From: Oopsacas minuta
Lineage: Eukaryota > Animalia > Porifera
Length of the DNA: 64,000 nucleotides
Assembly (NCBI GenBank): GCA_024704765.1
Contig: JAKMXF010000144.1
Span: forward strand, 496,001-560,000
Reading direction: 5' to 3'
Position 1 is the first letter of the stretch; each line of letters opens with the position of its first letter. The notes below the pieces were generated by a model. The model searched no databases and was not told where the DNA came from. It saw only the letters and a list, made by a program, of their open reading frames with translations. Shown here in pieces: positions 59,509-64,000 of the stretch. The translations under genes and the position numbers were made by a program.

Positions 59509-60508
59509 ATGAGTTACGAAGAGAATATAAACTCTTGGTATCAGAATGAAGATGCCATCATTGAAATGTCAGACCTAGCCGATTTTGGATCTACAGTACA
59601 ACAATTTCAAAACCCCTGTCCGTCTGGAGATAATTTTCAACAATTAAAGAGAGATGTTATCGATGCTAAACTTCTTGAAAAGTATGCTGAACCCTTCCAA
59701 AATATGTTCACTGAATCTCCTAGTTCTAAAACGGAACACAAACCTTCTATTTTTAAACCCCAGAGTCCCTGGGAAGGTGAAAGCTACCATTTGGAAAATT
59801 TTATACCATTTTTAACAAAGCCGAAGAAACAAAAATTATATAATATTCCTGGTCAAATTTACCCTACAAATTCCGATTCAATGGACACGCAAACTGATAG
59901 TGATATGTTAGATAGAGATTCTAATGTTAATACAGAGCATCAACAAATATTAAATTCACAAAATGAGCCAGATTTTGTTTGTGAGGAACAACAAACTCTC
60001 TCTCCTTTAGAGAAAGCAAATTTTGATTTTCTAAAAGAGTCACTCACTGCAAAAAATGAAGAACTGGAAGAACTAGCTAGAAATGAGATGTTGATTGGAG
60101 AAGAACCGATTCGACGAAAACCACAGCTATATCCAGGTTATAAACCTGAAATTAGCTTCTTGGATAAGATTACTAACAAAGATGGAGAAATAAAGAAATT
60201 GCCAGAAACTGATCTTACATCATCTCAGAGCTACAACAGGATACATACACAGTTATTAGTTCAACAATTTTGCGACTTGGCTAAAGGAGAAAGAGAAAAC
60301 AACAAACAAATACTAGATTTACAAAAATATTGTGAAGATAATTATTCAAAATCTCACCCCTTCCATAAAGATTTGACTTCTACAATAACTCATAGTGTAA
60401 ATATATTAGCAAAGTGTCGTAATGCTATTGCTAATACTCTAGCGATAGAAAAGCATGGTTTGATGATAGAACAAATGCTGGAAGATAAAGGGATTATAAA
60501 GCCTGATA

Positions 60509-60513
<5 letters not shown>
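59509..60513 (+). CDS. Intronless hypothetical protein (334 aa), acidic N-half and predicted helical C-half
   Basis: 1-kb ATG-initiated ORF in AT-rich DNA, preceded by TTTGTTTTTAG; no family recognised. Confidence 0.7.

Positions 60514-60549
<36 letters not shown>
60511..60549. repeat. (TAA)13 microsatellite beginning at the stop codon
   Basis: Directly visible. Confidence 0.95.
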
Positions 60550-60550
<1 letters not shown>

Positions 60551-61022
60551 TTGTAAAAATGAATATTTCTGTTTGTTTTGAATCAATTATTAAGTAATGC
60601 ATTATTAAGAGTGTTAAGTGGTGTTTTCAGATAAAGTTGGCTCTCACTGTAAATGATCACATTTCCTTAGAAAACTTGGTGAAAATGACTTAGTAAAAGA
60701 AGAAAGAAAGCGCCCTCCAAAATACCACTGAATGTACAACTATAAACCAATACTTTTTCCAAGGTGATTTGAGACCTTTAGGTCCTAGATTATTTAAATT
60801 CAAAGTTTGCAAATAAAGCAAATTTTAACATTTAACCCAATTCTAATACTCTGCTTATATCAGCTGGAGAGAATCACACCTCAATGACCATGTTTAACCA
60901 CATGAATACCTAAAACCATTAAGCAGATAGGGATTATAATATTCAAATAGGAATTATCTTTAAAACCAATATTAGTACATTAATATTATTGCAGTTACAA
61001 TAAAACATCTCGTAATTAAGAA

Positions 61023-64000
61023 TTACAGACGACAAGGCAGTTTATCAGGAGTAAGCATCATGTAACAACCTTCTAATAGAGTCAGTAGAAACCCGAATTC
61101 TCCTTGTGATAATCGCGGATCCATGAATGTGTAGATGTAATGCAGTTCTGTACTCATTTTCTGTACCCGCGCGTATACAATTACAATTTGGAAGTAAGGT
61201 ATAATTACATCTGTAGTCAGCTCACTGCTGCAATCTTTTAGACTTGCTAACATAGTGTTTACTGACCTTTTCAGGATATTGAGTTTTCCTTCTATTGTGT
61301 ATTCGTGTGTGATTGTAGATAGAATTTGAGAAGCTCGGTTGTACCAGTCTAGATCAGATGGAACATTTTGTATCCCAAACAGAAGCATTAGATCGCTACA
61401 ACGCATATGAGAGAGAATAGATACTGCTATTTCGTATTGTGAATCGTTCTTGGCCTGGAACAAGGAGAAAAGCGTGAATAGTGTATGGTAGATACGAGAA
61501 ATAAAAAGATCTGAGAGAAAATAGGAATCAAGCATATGGATATTTTCCTCGATTATTTCAACTTGATCGTCCATCATAAATGGTGCAAATTTCTGAACAA
61601 TTTCTGCTAATTTTTTAAGGAAAATCTTCGTATCTTGAATAGCATGTGGTAACAAGTACTGAGATGCTCCAATGCCAGCATAGCTCTCAAGTATGACGTC
61701 ACTCAGATCTTTCACTAGTTTACCGAGAGCATGTGTGTTAGAGGAGAAGTAAGTATTTAGCTTGTCGAATAATGTCTTCTTTATTTGATTAATTACTTTT
61801 GTATCTGTGGTACCTCCCCAATCTAGTGATTGGAACATTAAACCTTGAGTTGTTTGGGGTGATGACTGATTTAAAGAATTAAATTCTGAAAATAACTCCG
61901 GCTCGCTATCAAAATTTGGAGAACATCTTTTCGAGTTAGGAGTTTGAGAAAGAGGAGGCATAGATTCTAATTCAGACTTTCTGAACTCATCATTATATAT
62001 ATTTACAGAATACCGCCTCTCTACAGGCTTATTTTCTTCCTGTGCATACTCCTCAGGGTTAGATAAAGACCTGGATCTTCTGAAAACTGTTTTCAAATCT
62101 AGCTGTAAATCTTTCTTCATCTCTTCTATATCAGGAGTAGATGATAAGGGAGAGGTTACGGATCCAACTGTTATATCAAATGAGTTCACAGATCCAACTG
62201 TTATATCAAATGAGTTTACAGGTGAAGAAATTACATTAGTGTGTCCGTTGATGCCTACCATTGTACCAGACTTTTTTATCGGATGAGGTTTCCCGTTATT
62301 TATAGTATTCGCCCTGTGGCAGCCAGATATAGTCTGTTCTTGATCCGCACTTTTCCCTCTATACGATTTACTGCGAGAATAAGACGAATGAGGATCTGGT
62401 TCCTTTTCCACTAGATGTAAAACTATTTTACACTTTTCGAATAAACTACACCATTTCATGTCTGAACAAACTGAATATTTCAATGCTTTCTCTTCCCAAT
62501 TTATGAAATCAAATCTTTGTGATTTTCTCGTTACTTCCTGTTTAGTAATGAACCCAGTTGTTACTTTAAGTTCGGTACCAATCCCAATCCAATCACTCCA
62601 CTTCCCATTAAATGCACCATTTATTACAGTATTATCTTCTAACCTGAGTTCACCACTGCCGTTTATCCCCATTTCACCATTCAACCATCCTTCATAAGAT
62701 CTCCCCGTCCCGTTAATAATGAATCCTCTCCCTGCAAGCAAATTCTCTCTGAATCGGCAGGAACAATACAGATCTCCAGTAGTGATTGTAAATCCCTGAC
62801 CTTCTCTTATATCATCTTTCCACATACCGTGATAGCTCTTTTCAGCATCGGTTGCATTCTCAACACCAAAACCATTGCGTTTCCCATTCGCCCATTCACC
62901 AATATACATGCTGTATTGATTATTCCGTGTCAGACTGAACTTTCCATATCCTTGTCTCTGACCTTTGGACCATTCTCCCTCGTAACGATCTCCATTAGCG
63001 TAACTTAGTATACCTTGTCCGTGGTATAGCCCTTCTTTAAAATTCCCGTCATAAACTTCCATCCGCTTACCTTCATTTTCAATTACGTGAGGTATTTTGA
63101 GCGATCCTGTTCCATGAAATAAACCTTTCCTAAAATAGCCTACATATAATTTCCCATCTGGCCAATTGCATGTTCCTCTCCCATTCTGTTTACCGTCTAC
63201 CCAAAACCCTATGTACTTAGCTCCCTGGTACTGCCCTAATTGGAAAACATACGCGGTTTTCCGTACTGGAGGAGGCCATAGCAAGCTAGAGGTAGATTCT
63301 ATACGTTTGTTAGTAATCTCTTGTCTTGGTGCACCAAGATAATCTATTGTAGCCTCGTTTATGGCTTTCACCCAGTAATCTCTATCATCTTGACTGTTAC
63401 ATTGTAGCACAAGGTGAGCTTCAGGTGAGATTAGTTGGATCTGTAGACGAGATTCAGGTTTTGACTTTCCTGCATACACCCACAGTAGTGTTAATGGAAG
63501 AGTTTGGGCGTCGTAGTTGCCCATAAAATCTATCGTGTATTTTAGAAGAGAGTCTTGGAACAATACAAATCCTATTGTATGACTAGACCATTTGACGTAG
63601 TTCAGTTTCCTATCTTTGCTTGTGAGAATTATTAACTTTTTAATACTTTTAACTTCCAAACAGTTTAAAAGTTTAGGATGTTCATTCCAGAACTTTCTGG
63701 TCACTTCAACTTGATTATGGAGGTTTCTTTTCCGCTCAGTGAGTCTAGCAAGTTTATCACAACTCATCTTGAAGTCTGACTCATTTTTTTCCGTGTGTGT
63801 ACCCATAGAAACGTAGAGTTCATTGGATAGGACAACGATTGAGGCTCGCTCCTCGTGGAATATCAATAATAGACTGGAGAGTTTTAGAGAAAGTTTAGCG
63901 TTCGAACTTTCCTTGTGTGATGAACCTTCTAATGAGTGGTTACAGAACTCTGCAAATTCTGTGTAACCTCTTTCAATAATTTCATGTGCACTTGGCAGTT
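61023..64000 (-). CDS. ALS2: Alsin/ALS2-like Rab5 GEF (PH domain, MORN repeats, VPS9 domain); 5' part runs off the window
   Basis: The frame stays open to position 64000. PH-like FVLFQDSLL...LISPEAHLVLQCNSQDDRDYWVKAINEA; MORN repeats (YIGFWVDGKQNGRG, YEGEWSKGQRQGYG); VPS9-like TTDVIIPYFQIVIV...GEFGFLLTLLEGCY. Confidence 0.85.
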   Translation of the reverse strand, partial: LPSAHEIIERGYTEFAEFCNHSLEGSSHKESSNAKLSLKLSSLLLIFHEERASIVVLSNELYVSMGTHTEKNESDFKMSCDKLARLTERKRNLHNQVEVTRKFWNEHPKLLNCLEVKSIKKLIILTSKDRKLNYVKWSSHTIGFVLFQDSLLKYTIDFMGNYDAQTLPLTLLWVYAGKSKPESRLQIQLISPEAHLVLQCNSQDDRDYWVKAINEATIDYLGAPRQEITNKRIESTSSLLWPPPVRKTAYVFQLGQYQGAKYIGFWVDGKQNGRGTCNWPDGKLYVGYFRKGLFHGTGSLKIPHVIENEGKRMEVYDGNFKEGLYHGQGILSYANGDRYEGEWSKGQRQGYGKFSLTRNNQYSMYIGEWANGKRNGFGVENATDAEKSYHGMWKDDIREGQGFTITTGDLYCSCRFRENLLAGRGFIINGTGRSYEGWLNGEMGINGSGELRLEDNTVINGAFNGKWSDWIGIGTELKVTTGFITKQEVTRKSQRFDFINWEEKALKYSVCSDMKWCSLFEKCKIVLHLVEKEPDPHSSYSRSKSYRGKSADQEQTISGCHRANTINNGKPHPIKKSGTMVGINGHTNVISSPVNSFDITVGSVNSFDITVGSVTSPLSSTPDIEEMKKDLQLDLKTVFRRSRSLSNPEEYAQEENKPVERRYSVNIYNDEFRKSELESMPPLSQTPNSKRCSPNFDSEPELFSEFNSLNQSSPQTTQGLMFQSLDWGGTTDTKVINQIKKTLFDKLNTYFSSNTHALGKLVKDLSDVILESYAGIGASQYLLPHAIQDTKIFLKKLAEIVQKFAPFMMDDQVEIIEENIHMLDSYFLSDLFISRIYHTLFTLFSLFQAKNDSQYEIAVSILSHMRCSDLMLLFGIQNVPSDLDWYNRASQILSTITHEYTIEGKLNILKRSVNTMLASLKDCSSELTTDVIIPYFQIVIVYARVQKMSTELHYIYTFMDPRLSQGEFGFLLTLLEGCYMMLTPDKLPCRL

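Noticed and set aside
60390-60602. Poly-Tyr ORF on the - strand
   Set aside because: Antisense reading of the (TAA)n microsatellite.

Overview
AT-rich, very gene-dense eukaryotic genomic DNA with short (mostly 50-150 nt) GT-AG introns. The gene set is animal-type (ILK, PTEN, MOB1, receptor PTP, complexin, anoctamin, alsin, multi-Tudor protein). A Cys-rich receptor N-terminal module I associate with sponge proteins, plus the compactness, makes a sponge (probably a glass sponge, Hexactinellida) the best inference; this cannot be proven from the window. About 24 protein-coding genes are supported. Main observations: (1) 15 consecutive non-nested genes from 11.0 to 60.5 kb lie on the + strand, several only 138-315 nt apart, and many start codons are preceded by a splice-acceptor-like signal, which suggests operon-like transcription resolved by spliced-leader trans-splicing; (2) a 7.7-kb intron of DHX38/PRP16 hosts an antisense two-gene cassette (anoctamin plus homocysteine S-methyltransferase); (3) a CAAX-type complexin; (4) an anoctamin with a large duplicated Cys-rich extracellular insertion; (5) a tandem kappa-GST/DsbA fusion ending in SKL; (6) two foldback-like elements built from tandem repeats and several small MITE families. 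No tRNA, rRNA or CRISPR array was found. Exon boundaries were derived by eye from GT-AG signals and reading-frame continuity.
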